Shown here one piece after another: positions 20,153 to 29,576 of a stretch of 64,000 nt of DNA (positions within the stretch are counted from its first letter, which is position 1; the number at the start of each line of letters is the position of its first letter). Origin of the DNA: Bythopirellula sp. (GTDB lineage Bacteria; Planctomycetota; Planctomycetia; Pirellulales; Lacipirellulaceae); NCBI GenBank assembly GCA_965216565.1, contig OZ244170.1, positions 4,064,001-4,128,000 of the forward strand, given 5' to 3'. Below the pieces are notes generated by a model that ran no database searches, was not told where the DNA came from, and worked only from the letters and a program-made list of their open reading frames with translations. Made by a program: the position numbers and the translations under genes.

Positions 20153-21193
20153 ATGAACACGACAACACTTGCCGAGCACCGCTATTTGCCCGACCGCTTA
20201 GTGCGCTTCGGTATCCGTCGCTTACTAGCCGATCGGCTGCGGGGTTTGCGGACTAGCGGACCTAGCGTGGCCGAATTTGCAAAAGTGTTGCGGGCTGAAT
20301 CTAGTGTTGCCATCGATGTGGAAGCGGCGAATGCACAGCACTACGAGGTCCCCGCACCGTTCTTCCAAGCTGTACTAGGGCAAAGGCTTAAATATAGTTG
20401 TGGCTACTGGCCAGAAAGCACCACGACACTCGACGAATCAGAGATTGCCATGCTTCGGCTCACCTGCGATCGCGCAGGACTTGTCGATGGTCAGCGGATC
20501 TTAGAGCTAGGTTGTGGCTGGGGATCGTTGTCGCTGTGGATGGCCGAGAACTATTCGAACTCTCAGATTACAGCAATGTCTAATTCCGAATCACAACGGG
20601 AGTTCATCGAACAACAGGCAGCAATCCGCGGGCTGACAAATTTGCAAGTCCACACGGCCAACATTGCTGACTTCGCCACAAGCGACACCTACGACCGCAT
20701 CATCTCCGTCGAGATGTTCGAGCATGTTCGCAACTATGAAGTATTACTAAGACGAATTCGCGAGTGGCTAACTAACGACGGGCAGCTCTTTGTTCACGTG
20801 TTCTGTCACCGAAAATTTGCCTATCCGTTTGAGGTAGATTCGCAATCTGAGAGTGATGCTGGAAACTGGATGAGCCAGCACTTCTTTACCGGCGGCATTA
20901 TGCCAAGCTTTGATTTGTTTCGGCATTTTGATGATGATATGCAAGTGGTCGCAGATTGGTGGCACGATGGAACACATTACGCACGAACAAGCCAAGCGTG
21001 GCTCGAGAAGTTGGATTGCCATCGCCAGCAAGTCTGCCGCGCTTTGCAGATGGGTGACAATCCTGCATCTGTAAATCTCCAAGTGCAACGTTGGCGAATG
21101 TTCTTCATGGCATGTGCAGAATTGTTTGCTTATGATAACGGCCATCAATGGGGCGTCGGACACTATTTGCTACAGCCCCGAGTTGCCAAATGA
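20153..21193 (+). CDS. Second SAM-dependent methyltransferase of Cfa/CNMT-like type
   Basis: ANAQHYEVP, LKYSC, LELGCGWGS, SVEMFEH, FFTGG.MPS, RWRMFFMACAELF motifs. Confidence 0.88.
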   Translation: MNTTTLAEHRYLPDRLVRFGIRRLLADRLRGLRTSGPSVAEFAKVLRAESSVAIDVEAANAQHYEVPAPFFQAVLGQRLKYSCGYWPESTTTLDESEIAMLRLTCDRAGLVDGQRILELGCGWGSLSLWMAENYSNSQITAMSNSESQREFIEQQAAIRGLTNLQVHTANIADFATSDTYDRIISVEMFEHVRNYEVLLRRIREWLTNDGQLFVHVFCHRKFAYPFEVDSQSESDAGNWMSQHFFTGGIMPSFDLFRHFDDDMQVVADWWHDGTHYARTSQAWLEKLDCHRQQVCRALQMGDNPASVNLQVQRWRMFFMACAELFAYDNGHQWGVGHYLLQPRVAK

Positions 21194-21969
21194 CACTTAC
21201 GACCGCTTTGCTGATAGCAGCAACCGTCATCTCTGCCCATATGCTTGTCTTGTGGCTCATTAGTTTGCCTCTCCGCGACGTGAGCATCGTGGACATCGGG
21301 TGGGGACTTGGATTTGCAATCGTAGCGTGGGTCATCTACTTTTCGGCGGGTGCCGAAGGTATCTACATTACGACGATCGCAGTATTGCCCACCATCTGGG
21401 GACTGCGGCTTGCCGGCTACCTGGCTTGGCGCAATCACGGTGCAGGCGAAGATCGCCGTTACGCTGCCATGCGAGAGAAACACCAAGGGCGGTTTTGGTG
21501 GGTAAGCCTCTTTAAAGTCTTCGGCTTGCAGGGAATTGTGATGTGGGTCGTCGCATTGCCGATAACGGTTGCCCTGGCAACGTCATCTTCAGATCTCAGT
21601 TGGAATGGATTGTTGCTGCTGGGCTTGCTCACTTGGGTCGTAGGATTTCTATTCGAGTCCATCGGCGACTGGCAGCTAGCCCGATTCAAAGCGAAAGCAG
21701 AGAATGAGGGCAAAGTGATGGATGAGGGGCTCTGGCGGTACACGCGTCACCCCAACTACTTCGGCGATTTTCTCGTTTGGTGGGGACACTGGCTTGTGTC
21801 GCACTCACTGACGAATCAGTGGTGGACCGTTGTTAGCCCGCTTGTTATGTCGGTATTCTTGATGAAGTATTCTGGAGTCGGTCTCTTAGAAAGCGACATC
21901 ACCGATCGTCGACCTAAATATGCCGAATACAAACGGCGAACAAACGCATTTTTCCCGTGGCCACCCTAG
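21190..21969 (+). CDS. DUF1295 family membrane protein (steroid 5-alpha-reductase-like)
   Basis: SIVDIGW, WGLRL, EDRRY, DWQL, GLWRYTRHPNYFG motifs; ATGA overlap with the upstream gene. Confidence 0.9.
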   Translation: MTLTTALLIAATVISAHMLVLWLISLPLRDVSIVDIGWGLGFAIVAWVIYFSAGAEGIYITTIAVLPTIWGLRLAGYLAWRNHGAGEDRRYAAMREKHQGRFWWVSLFKVFGLQGIVMWVVALPITVALATSSSDLSWNGLLLLGLLTWVVGFLFESIGDWQLARFKAKAENEGKVMDEGLWRYTRHPNYFGDFLVWWGHWLVSHSLTNQWWTVVSPLVMSVFLMKYSGVGLLESDITDRRPKYAEYKRRTNAFFPWPP

Positions 21970-22205
21970 ATGGCTGCGGTGCCAGAATGGGAATGCGTCA
22001 CCAGTAGTGACTCCTTTATTCGACCACAAGAACACTTGTACGTCGACAGTTTCAAAATAAGGGCATGCTTCTAAAGGTCGACAGCCAAGCTAGAGTAGCC
22101 GTGGGAAAAACAACAGAACCCTCGGACTTCTGCCTTTCAGATGCGAGCTGATGTACGCTCGTAGAGTTTTTGTGAATCAAGCAAGGTTCGCACTAAACAC
22201 TTAGG

Positions 22206-25001
22206 TTACGATCCCTCAGCTTCATCCTGCTGGCTGCGGAGGTCATGCCAGTTGATGTCGCTTCTAGTGTGTAATCGACCGGCGGCTTCAGAGATATCTG
22301 GAAAAGTCTCTGCCAGCTTGGCACCGATGTCTAGAGGTCTCAAACCGATTCCTAGGCGAACGAAGAATTGTTCGGAAAGTGATGTTTGGCAAGCTGCTAC
22401 CGACTTCTGCTCTTCTCGGAGATTCTCTAGTAGTTCCCCTGGGTCGTGCTCATCTGATGTCAGTAGTGCGGAGTGTCTGAGATAACCACATTCAAGTAAG
22501 TCTGTCTTCGCTTTGCGAAGGACAGAGCGTACCAAATCGTTCGGGCTTTCACTCAGAACCCTGCCGAAGGATTCAGCTAGATGTTTCTCAAGGGTTTCTA
22601 ATAGCTTCTGACCAAGCTCCAATGGCTGCACCGCGCCACGACGAATAGTGTCGACAAACTCGGCTATTACCAGGTGGCTAAGCTCCTCAATGGGAGCTTC
22701 TAGTTCGCTTGATTCACCGGGCGACCTTTGAAACAAGAACTCAGATAGCGCTGCTGAAACTTGTTTCAGGTCAGCGTTTCGTTTGTGATGGGCTTTCTTA
22801 TTGTCTTGTTCATCCTCTTCCACCGTTGTGCTGGCAGAGATCTTTGGGTAGTGATCGAGGACCGCGCGTACAATCCAGCAGTTTGCGTATTGTCCAAAAA
22901 ACTGGGCGCTACTGTCTCCATTAGCATCAACTTCCCGCAACCAATGACTGGCAATTGTCGCCAGAAGTTCCTGCTGCTGGTTTCGATTCACTTCGTCAGC
23001 CAGATTCGACAGATTGACACACTCAAAGGGACGTAGCGAATTCAAATCAGCCGAGTCCGCCGATTCGGCAAGAAGTACTTCGTTGAGAGAGGAAGTTCGC
23101 AGGTCCGAGTTCAAGAGCAGGTAGTCTGCGATGGATTGCAGCTTAGCCGCACAATCGGAGCTGCCATTTTGCGGAAGCGAGGTGATGCTTACATCATCGA
23201 ATGGGCGATCTTGTGACTCAAACAGCGAGGCGGCTCCTTCCGGAGTGCCATCACCGCAATTGCCGTTAGTCTGAGCGTGAGAGAACTCCGTGAGAAAAGA
23301 GAGGAGATTCGACGCAGCCAGTGTGTCTCCACTACCCAACTCATAAGTATTGGCTAACAGCCCATGCACTGTCACGCTTAGAGAGGCAGTTTTGCAAAGT
23401 GCGCGTACCGCTTGGGCGACATCAATTAGCGTGCCGCTGCCGGTCCCCCCGCTTGTTCCCGCAAGCAATACGACTCTGAGATGTGCGTTGTTCTCTGGGC
23501 GTTCATGCTGCTGGGCCAGTTTGGTAATTCGTGAATGGATCGCGGAGAGTATTTCTTCGGCGTGATCTACTGCAGCAATTCTTCCGAGGGGTCGAAAGCC
23601 TCTCGTTTGCAAAGAGCGCGGGATATTGTACAGCCATCGACGACTGACCCAGCGGAGCAGATTTTGCGAATTGTCACGGTATTGTTTAGGGCGTCGCAAA
23701 GGGATATGAAGAAAATCTTCGAGCGACAATTCGCCCTTCTCACCCAGACCTCGATCGGGTTTCAATGAATCGCGATCAGTATCAATCGCAAGCCAAGCTA
23801 AAGGAGTCTCGCTCGCCAAGTCAGTTTCACCGCTGCGAGTCCAGAGTGCCCTCAGCATGCGAACTCCAATGCCGCCGACTCCGATAAACAAAGTGGGAGT
23901 TGCACTGCTGAGCTTTTCCAGATGAACATCTGGGACCTCCACATCAACGATTCGTGGATCAACAGTCGGATAGCTGAGAGGTGGGGCAACTTCCTGGGGT
24001 GGTTCAGCACATTCGGGCGTGGGGCTCTCGCCGAGTTCGTCATTCGACAAGATTTGAGTTGCAGTGTTGAAAGTGGTGGCTTCGATAGCTTCGGTGTCCA
24101 ACTCAGCAACAGGCGTGGTATCAGTGATCGTTGACGGAGTTGGGGTTACAAAGGTACTTTCTGGGTTTCCAGATTTTGGGCTCACGCCCGGTGCGTCACC
24201 TGACTTAAGTGCTGTGACAAACTCGCGGCAGTTCGAAAAGCGGTCGGCAGGGTCTTTTTGCAGTGCTTTGTCGACGACTTGACGATCTTGCTCACTAAGC
24301 GGACGCAAGTTCGGTTTCGCCAAGGTATGCTGTTTGGCCAGCTGGGCGGGAGTTCGACCAGGAAAAGGCATCGTCCCAGTCAATAGATACTGATAGACAA
24401 TCGCCAAACTGTACTGGTCGCTTCGCGAGGAGGGATTGTCGTCGAATATTTCAGGTGCCGAGTAGAGAGGTGTAATGCCACCCATCATGGAATTAAGAGT
24501 TTGAGTAGCCAGCTGTTTGACCAGGCCAAAATCTGCAACCTTAGTATGGTCGCCTACAACCAGCAGGTTTTCTGGCTTGATATCAAGATGCTGCAATTCA
24601 TGGCGTTCAGCCAAATAGTCGAGTGCTTCGGCTGCGTCCCAGAGATAGCTGAGCAGTCGCGGCTGAGATATTCCAACTTGCCCATTTGCTTGGCAGCTTT
24701 GGAATTCATCCTGGAGACTCATGTCCGCTAGCTCGGTCACGATAACCAGCCGTGACTCGACGATTTCATACCGTTCGATCGTCAGGATGAATGGATGTCT
24801 GACAGACTTGACGCGTTCAAGCGCTTTCAGCTCTCGCTCCGCCATGCCTTCGCTGCAATGGCCATAGACAAGCTTGACGGCTTTCTCAACACCACCTGGG
24901 GCAGTTGCTTTCCACACTTCGCCATAGCCCCCGGCGCCCAGTCTCTCGACAATGGTATAGCCAGTGGGTAACGGAAGGGTTGGAGTCTCAACAGCCGACA
25001 T
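22206..25001 (-). CDS. Ser/Thr protein kinase fused to a tubulin/FtsZ-like domain
   Basis: Kinase: LGAGGYGEVW, AVK, HLDIKPEN, DFG, YSAPE. Pro/Thr-rich linker. Tubulin-like: LFIGVGGIG, AIDTD, LAGTSGGTGSG. Confidence 0.88.
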   Translation of the reverse strand: MSAVETPTLPLPTGYTIVERLGAGGYGEVWKATAPGGVEKAVKLVYGHCSEGMAERELKALERVKSVRHPFILTIERYEIVESRLVIVTELADMSLQDEFQSCQANGQVGISQPRLLSYLWDAAEALDYLAERHELQHLDIKPENLLVVGDHTKVADFGLVKQLATQTLNSMMGGITPLYSAPEIFDDNPSSRSDQYSLAIVYQYLLTGTMPFPGRTPAQLAKQHTLAKPNLRPLSEQDRQVVDKALQKDPADRFSNCREFVTALKSGDAPGVSPKSGNPESTFVTPTPSTITDTTPVAELDTEAIEATTFNTATQILSNDELGESPTPECAEPPQEVAPPLSYPTVDPRIVDVEVPDVHLEKLSSATPTLFIGVGGIGVRMLRALWTRSGETDLASETPLAWLAIDTDRDSLKPDRGLGEKGELSLEDFLHIPLRRPKQYRDNSQNLLRWVSRRWLYNIPRSLQTRGFRPLGRIAAVDHAEEILSAIHSRITKLAQQHERPENNAHLRVVLLAGTSGGTGSGTLIDVAQAVRALCKTASLSVTVHGLLANTYELGSGDTLAASNLLSFLTEFSHAQTNGNCGDGTPEGAASLFESQDRPFDDVSITSLPQNGSSDCAAKLQSIADYLLLNSDLRTSSLNEVLLAESADSADLNSLRPFECVNLSNLADEVNRNQQQELLATIASHWLREVDANGDSSAQFFGQYANCWIVRAVLDHYPKISASTTVEEDEQDNKKAHHKRNADLKQVSAALSEFLFQRSPGESSELEAPIEELSHLVIAEFVDTIRRGAVQPLELGQKLLETLEKHLAESFGRVLSESPNDLVRSVLRKAKTDLLECGYLRHSALLTSDEHDPGELLENLREEQKSVAACQTSLSEQFFVRLGIGLRPLDIGAKLAETFPDISEAAGRLHTRSDINWHDLRSQQDEAEGS

Positions 25002-25037
25002 AGGACCTACTCATTTTCAGGTGAATTTATGCACTTA

Positions 25038-26174
25038 CTAAACCGTGACGGCATCCGGGCTTTCATTATGTAGAGCTTTTGGCTTTTCGATTCCGCCGAG
25101 GGCCAGATCTATTCCCAATTCGCAGATCTCTCGATGATCTTCTTCAGCTAGCCCCGCTGGTAACACGACGCGGATGCCCGATTCATTGCAGTGAGCGATG
25201 ATTCTGCCGAGCCGCTCCTTGCTGCGAGGATTCGTAGTAATTCTGCGAGCGACTGAAGGCGATAGAACTAATAGATCGGGCGAGATGTCCGCCATGCTGT
25301 CGATGCACGTAGCACCGCCTGTAAATGTATCGAATGCCAATTCAGCACCAAGTGATTTCAATTCCGAACACAGTTTAACTGTTTCCGGCGATTGCACTGC
25401 CCATTCCCAGTGAAGCAATACACCCAGTCGACGTTCGCTGGAAAGACATTCCTGGGCCAATTCGAATGCACGACACAACCGGCGGTCGAGTCCGGCATGG
25501 AGGTCAAATCGCAGGAAGAGTTTGCCTTCCGTTGAGATCGAGTCCGCGTGTCGAGCAGCAATCATCCAAGCTAGTTGCTGTAAACGCGAAGGCGTCGAAT
25601 GCGGATCACAATGCGTACATTCTTGCAACTGAGACGCGATCGATTCTCCGATTGAGATGAACGCACCTTGGTGAGAACCAGAATGGACGTCAACAAGACG
25701 GGACCGACAAAGTGGAACTGTCTGCCAAAGCAGTGTTTCGTTCAATGATCGTTGAGTCGATAGGATGGCGAGGTCTTCATCTTTCTCATCGGTTCGCTTC
25801 TTTCCCGCCAAAGGCTGCGTAACCATTCGTTCCAGGCCACTCGCTTTACGATCCGCACAGCGAAAGGTCAGTTCCATTTCACCAATGCGAACCGTATCGC
25901 CGTCTTCCAAGAAGACGCTATCGATTGGTTCCCCGTTAACATCTGTCCCATTGGTGCTTTTCAAGTCTTCGAGTTGAAAACCCTCGACACATCTCGTGAG
26001 CCGCGCATGTTCTCTCGACACACTCGTAGAATTCACCTTTAGCTTCGTGTCGTCGCCCCGCCCGATGACAAAAGGGTATTCTTCGATGACGACCGTCCTC
26101 AGTACTTGACTGTTGGCCGGATAATATTCGAGACGAGGTCGATCGTCGTTCTCGCTGCGCAAGGTAGGTGTCAC
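25038..26174 (-). CDS. FHA domain + degenerate EAL domain protein
   Basis: FHA: IGR, VSREHA, DLKSTNGT.VNG. The C-terminal EAL-like barrel has LAFDTFTGG instead of DDFGTG and no ExL motif. Confidence 0.8.
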   Translation of the reverse strand: MTPTLRSENDDRPRLEYYPANSQVLRTVVIEEYPFVIGRGDDTKLKVNSTSVSREHARLTRCVEGFQLEDLKSTNGTDVNGEPIDSVFLEDGDTVRIGEMELTFRCADRKASGLERMVTQPLAGKKRTDEKDEDLAILSTQRSLNETLLWQTVPLCRSRLVDVHSGSHQGAFISIGESIASQLQECTHCDPHSTPSRLQQLAWMIAARHADSISTEGKLFLRFDLHAGLDRRLCRAFELAQECLSSERRLGVLLHWEWAVQSPETVKLCSELKSLGAELAFDTFTGGATCIDSMADISPDLLVLSPSVARRITTNPRSKERLGRIIAHCNESGIRVVLPAGLAEEDHREICELGIDLALGGIEKPKALHNESPDAVTV

Positions 26175-26419
26175 TGGATGCTTACCTTCATAGGAGGATG
26201 AGAATTCAACAGATTAGTTGATTGGGGCTGGCGGGATTTGAGTAGCTCAAACGCCAATCTACCGGCAGCCCGCAAGCCGAAAAGTTTCGTTGTTCCACAA
26301 ATAAAGCCTAGCATGTAAGCCGAGTGGTAATCCGGATTCGTTACTCAGACCTTAAGAAATAATGCTACATTTCATTTGGGCCGAAGATTTCAGCGCTACA
26401 TCTGCAAAGCGAGGTTTCT

Positions 26420-27844
26420 GTGACAACCGATACAATCGCAACATCAATTACAATCGTTTCAACAGATCATTCCGCCTTGCGGGAACTTAGTTGGACTCTC
26501 CGTTCGCTCGGTTTTGAAAGCGTCTCCTCCGCAGACTGGAGCCAGACCGCCATGTGGCGACTCTCGGATCTTCCGGGACTATTTCTCTTGGACTCTCGTG
26601 ATACGGAAGAGATCCAGGCCTGTTTGGAAGCACCCAGATCGAAGCCGTACAGATATTGCTTGGCTTTTCACGATGCAATTTCCAAGTCCGAGGCCACCAA
26701 GCTTTTAGATTCTGGGGCCGAAGACATTGTTGCTTTCCCTGGAAATACCGGAGAATTGCTGACCCGACTTCAGGCAGGATTGCGACGCATTGAATTTGAA
26801 ACAAAACTCGAGCAGCAGATGTCCAGTGATTCCGCTTCTGGTGCCACCACGGGAAGTGGTTTTGTTCGACGACTAGAGCACAAGAATAACGACAATCTAG
26901 AGCACAAGAACAACGACAATACTGAGACGACCAACGGCGTAGTCATCGTTCTTAGTATCGATCAACAGGATATTCTGTGTACGCAATTTGGCTCCCTAGT
27001 GTCAGAGATGGCCAACAAAACCCTAGCCAATTGCTTGGTTGAGCAAATGACTGATGGAGACTTCTTCGGCTCGTTGGAAGATGGCGTGTACTTGGTTTAT
27101 CTCGAGGGCAGCAAAACTAGCGAAGGGTCCCAATTCGCGGAGCTCATCGTCAATGAATTCAAAGCCCAACAGGTTCTAGCGCCCGAATTTGGAGCACGAA
27201 TTACCTTGTCGGGCACGGTCCTAGATAACGTTAATAAGACTCCCGCACAGGAGATTGTTCAACACGCATTAGAAGCTTTCCAGCAGGTAAAAGACTCTGG
27301 AGGGAATCTGATCGTCGACGCGAATGATCTAGAGCAGTACTTCTCTGCTTGGCAGCGATCGAACACCGAAGCAAATTCTGCTAATGAGACTACGGCTAAA
27401 CATATCATGGAGCCCCTGCCCTTTGTACTGACAGCGAATGATTCACACTCAAACCATTCCGAGCCTTTGCAGTTCTACACACTGCAATCTAAGGCACCCA
27501 AACCACCTTGCTCAGTGGTCGTCGATCGCGAAGCCCGGTTGCTTGGTATAGTCGAAGAATCCTATTTCGATCGGCCTGGCACAGAATCTATCCAAGATTT
27601 GGAAGAGCATATCACCCCGACTTCGGCAACAGTTGATAAGTCTTTGCCGCTGAGTGAACTTACGGACTCCCTGGCGACGGCAGGCAGCGACTATCTGATA
27701 GTTCTCGACAACGAGAAGCCCATCGGTTACATAACGCGAGACAAGCTGGCAGCAACACACTCGATATCTGTTAACCAGCAGGAACTTGCCCCACTCTTCC
27801 GAGCGGAGCACGAACTTGAAGAGTTAGTCGTACCGGCTAGCTAG
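26420..27844 (+). CDS. Atypical receiver + degenerate GGDEF-like + CBS-pair protein
   Basis: REC-like N-terminus (LFLLD, GAEDIV.FP, ELLTRL.AGLR), GGDEF-like middle without the motif (GDFFGSLEDGVY...K.SGGN), and CBS-like segments VVDRE..LLGIV and VLDNEKPIGYIT. Confidence 0.6.
   Translation: MTTDTIATSITIVSTDHSALRELSWTLRSLGFESVSSADWSQTAMWRLSDLPGLFLLDSRDTEEIQACLEAPRSKPYRYCLAFHDAISKSEATKLLDSGAEDIVAFPGNTGELLTRLQAGLRRIEFETKLEQQMSSDSASGATTGSGFVRRLEHKNNDNLEHKNNDNTETTNGVVIVLSIDQQDILCTQFGSLVSEMANKTLANCLVEQMTDGDFFGSLEDGVYLVYLEGSKTSEGSQFAELIVNEFKAQQVLAPEFGARITLSGTVLDNVNKTPAQEIVQHALEAFQQVKDSGGNLIVDANDLEQYFSAWQRSNTEANSANETTAKHIMEPLPFVLTANDSHSNHSEPLQFYTLQSKAPKPPCSVVVDREARLLGIVEESYFDRPGTESIQDLEEHITPTSATVDKSLPLSELTDSLATAGSDYLIVLDNEKPIGYITRDKLAATHSISVNQQELAPLFRAEHELEELVVPAS
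26873..26920 (+). repeat. In-frame 24-bp tandem duplication (LEHKNNDN x2)
   Basis: ctagagcacaagaataacgacaat / ctagagcacaagaacaacgacaat, differing by one synonymous base. Confidence 0.9.
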
Positions 27845-27860
27845 TACATCGATGGAGTTC

Positions 27861-29576
27861 TCATTCCTCGCCGCTCATCGCCGTGAAGTAGTTGCGGACG
27901 GCATGATCTAGAATCTCCGAGGTTGCGACCTTAGGCAGCTCGTTGTATTCGCAGAAATGAGACACTTGGTCCAGCAAGTCACGCGCGTGGCACCGACGTA
28001 GCGGTCGACCACAAGTGTCGTAATGGTGGGAAATCAGATAGTTCAAGGCTTCCAAGGAACACTCCACACCAGTCTTTTGTGCAAAGACATTGAACAATTT
28101 CACAAACTCTTCCCGAGACGGTGCCCCTACTTCAATTTTGAATGGAATTCTTCGCAAGAAGGCATCGTCGGCCAAATCGTGTGGCTCTAGATTCGTCGAG
28201 AAAATAATCAACTGCTCAAAAGGAACTTCCACCTTTTTACCATTGGCAAGGCTGAGGTAGTCGATTCTGTTTTCCAGAGGCACGATCCAACGATTAAGTA
28301 GCTCGGTTGGATTGACTCGCTGCCGCCCAAAATCGTCAATCAGAAGACTTCCGCAATTGCTCTTCAATTGCAGAGATGCCTGGCTAACGTGGCTGACGGG
28401 GTCATGCTTCAGTTCCAGACTGTCCATGGTTAGTTCGCCACCCACAACTACGGTAGGTCGCCGGATGCGAATCCATCGATGGTCTTCATCGGAGGACTTG
28501 AGAAGTTTGCTAACACTAGATTCCACAGGTTCATGGCACGAAGCATCGAAGAACTTGATGATCTGACCATCTTCCACGATTGCATGCGGGACGAGAATGT
28601 TTTGGCCGAAGCAACGAGTGATCCGCTGAGCGACTGTTGTCTTGCCATTGCCTGGGGGCCCATAGATAAACATTCCTTTGCCAGCGCTAATTGCAGGGCC
28701 TAGCTGTGCAAGCATCTCAGGCTCAACATTAATGTCGGAAAAGGCCTTCTCGAGCTGAGCACATTTGGGTTTCTCCGTTCGAATTGTCTGTGCCTGCACA
28801 GAGTCGCAATAGTCGTCTAGCGGTACCGGTGCCGGCCCGGAGTAGGCACACTCTTGCATAGCAATACGAGCACGCTCGCGACCTTGATCGGTCAGCTGAT
28901 AGACGTGGTCTCCTAGTAGTGCGGAACCGGTAGGAGCGATATATTGTTTCTTTCTCAGATGCGAGAAAAGGTCTTCGAGAATGGCAAGCCTCAAACAGGT
29001 ATTATCGGAGATCTGCTTCCCGGTCAGCGATCCGGCATTTAACAAGATCTTGAGAATTAGGTCCTCGATGAGGGTGGAGTCTAACCCGGTTTCTTCCAAT
29101 GTACTCGGTTCTTCAGGAAGAAATGCATCGTCGAGCCCGAGTGCAGCAACCAAGGCCTCTTGGCTTTCTTCTCCAGACCGATTCCAAGGGCTCTCCTCCG
29201 CAGGCTCTTTGATATCGGGTTCTTTGGTTGCTGTCGCTGTGAGAGTGTCATCGCTAGTCATGGCTTGCTTCTTTTCTTTGGATTGAATTGTCAGTTTGCG
29301 GCTCAGTTGCCAGCCAAAATTTGTAAGTTCGTAATGCTTGGTCTTGGTTCCGGATCGCAGCAACTGCAACTCGACGAGTTGCGAGACCGCCTCACAGCAG
29401 TTCTTTGCATAGTCCGGATCTTGAGGGTTATACAACTTGTGCTTGCCACTACGGACAGCTGCTCCGCGAGTGTCGGAACGGCTGGCGATTTCCAGGCAGC
29501 CCCGGTTTTGGGCAGCTAATTCCAGTACGTCTTGCTCTTCCTGGCTCAGAGATTCCGGAGCTGTGAGTGTATGCAT
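27861..29576 (-). CDS. AAA+ ATPase with N-terminal winged-helix-like regions
   Basis: Walker A YGPPGNGKT, Walker B LLIDDFGRQ, FSTNL, AFLRRI. ATG at 29576 follows a GGAGGGG RBS. Confidence 0.88.
   Translation of the reverse strand: MHTLTAPESLSQEEQDVLELAAQNRGCLEIASRSDTRGAAVRSGKHKLYNPQDPDYAKNCCEAVSQLVELQLLRSGTKTKHYELTNFGWQLSRKLTIQSKEKKQAMTSDDTLTATATKEPDIKEPAEESPWNRSGEESQEALVAALGLDDAFLPEEPSTLEETGLDSTLIEDLILKILLNAGSLTGKQISDNTCLRLAILEDLFSHLRKKQYIAPTGSALLGDHVYQLTDQGRERARIAMQECAYSGPAPVPLDDYCDSVQAQTIRTEKPKCAQLEKAFSDINVEPEMLAQLGPAISAGKGMFIYGPPGNGKTTVAQRITRCFGQNILVPHAIVEDGQIIKFFDASCHEPVESSVSKLLKSSDEDHRWIRIRRPTVVVGGELTMDSLELKHDPVSHVSQASLQLKSNCGSLLIDDFGRQRVNPTELLNRWIVPLENRIDYLSLANGKKVEVPFEQLIIFSTNLEPHDLADDAFLRRIPFKIEVGAPSREEFVKLFNVFAQKTGVECSLEALNYLISHHYDTCGRPLRRCHARDLLDQVSHFCEYNELPKVATSEILDHAVRNYFTAMSGEE

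Noticed and set aside
22206..25001. Calling the gene ftsZ or a true tubulin
   Set aside because: It is fused to a kinase, has no dcw context, and only the N-terminal GTP-binding motifs are recognisable.
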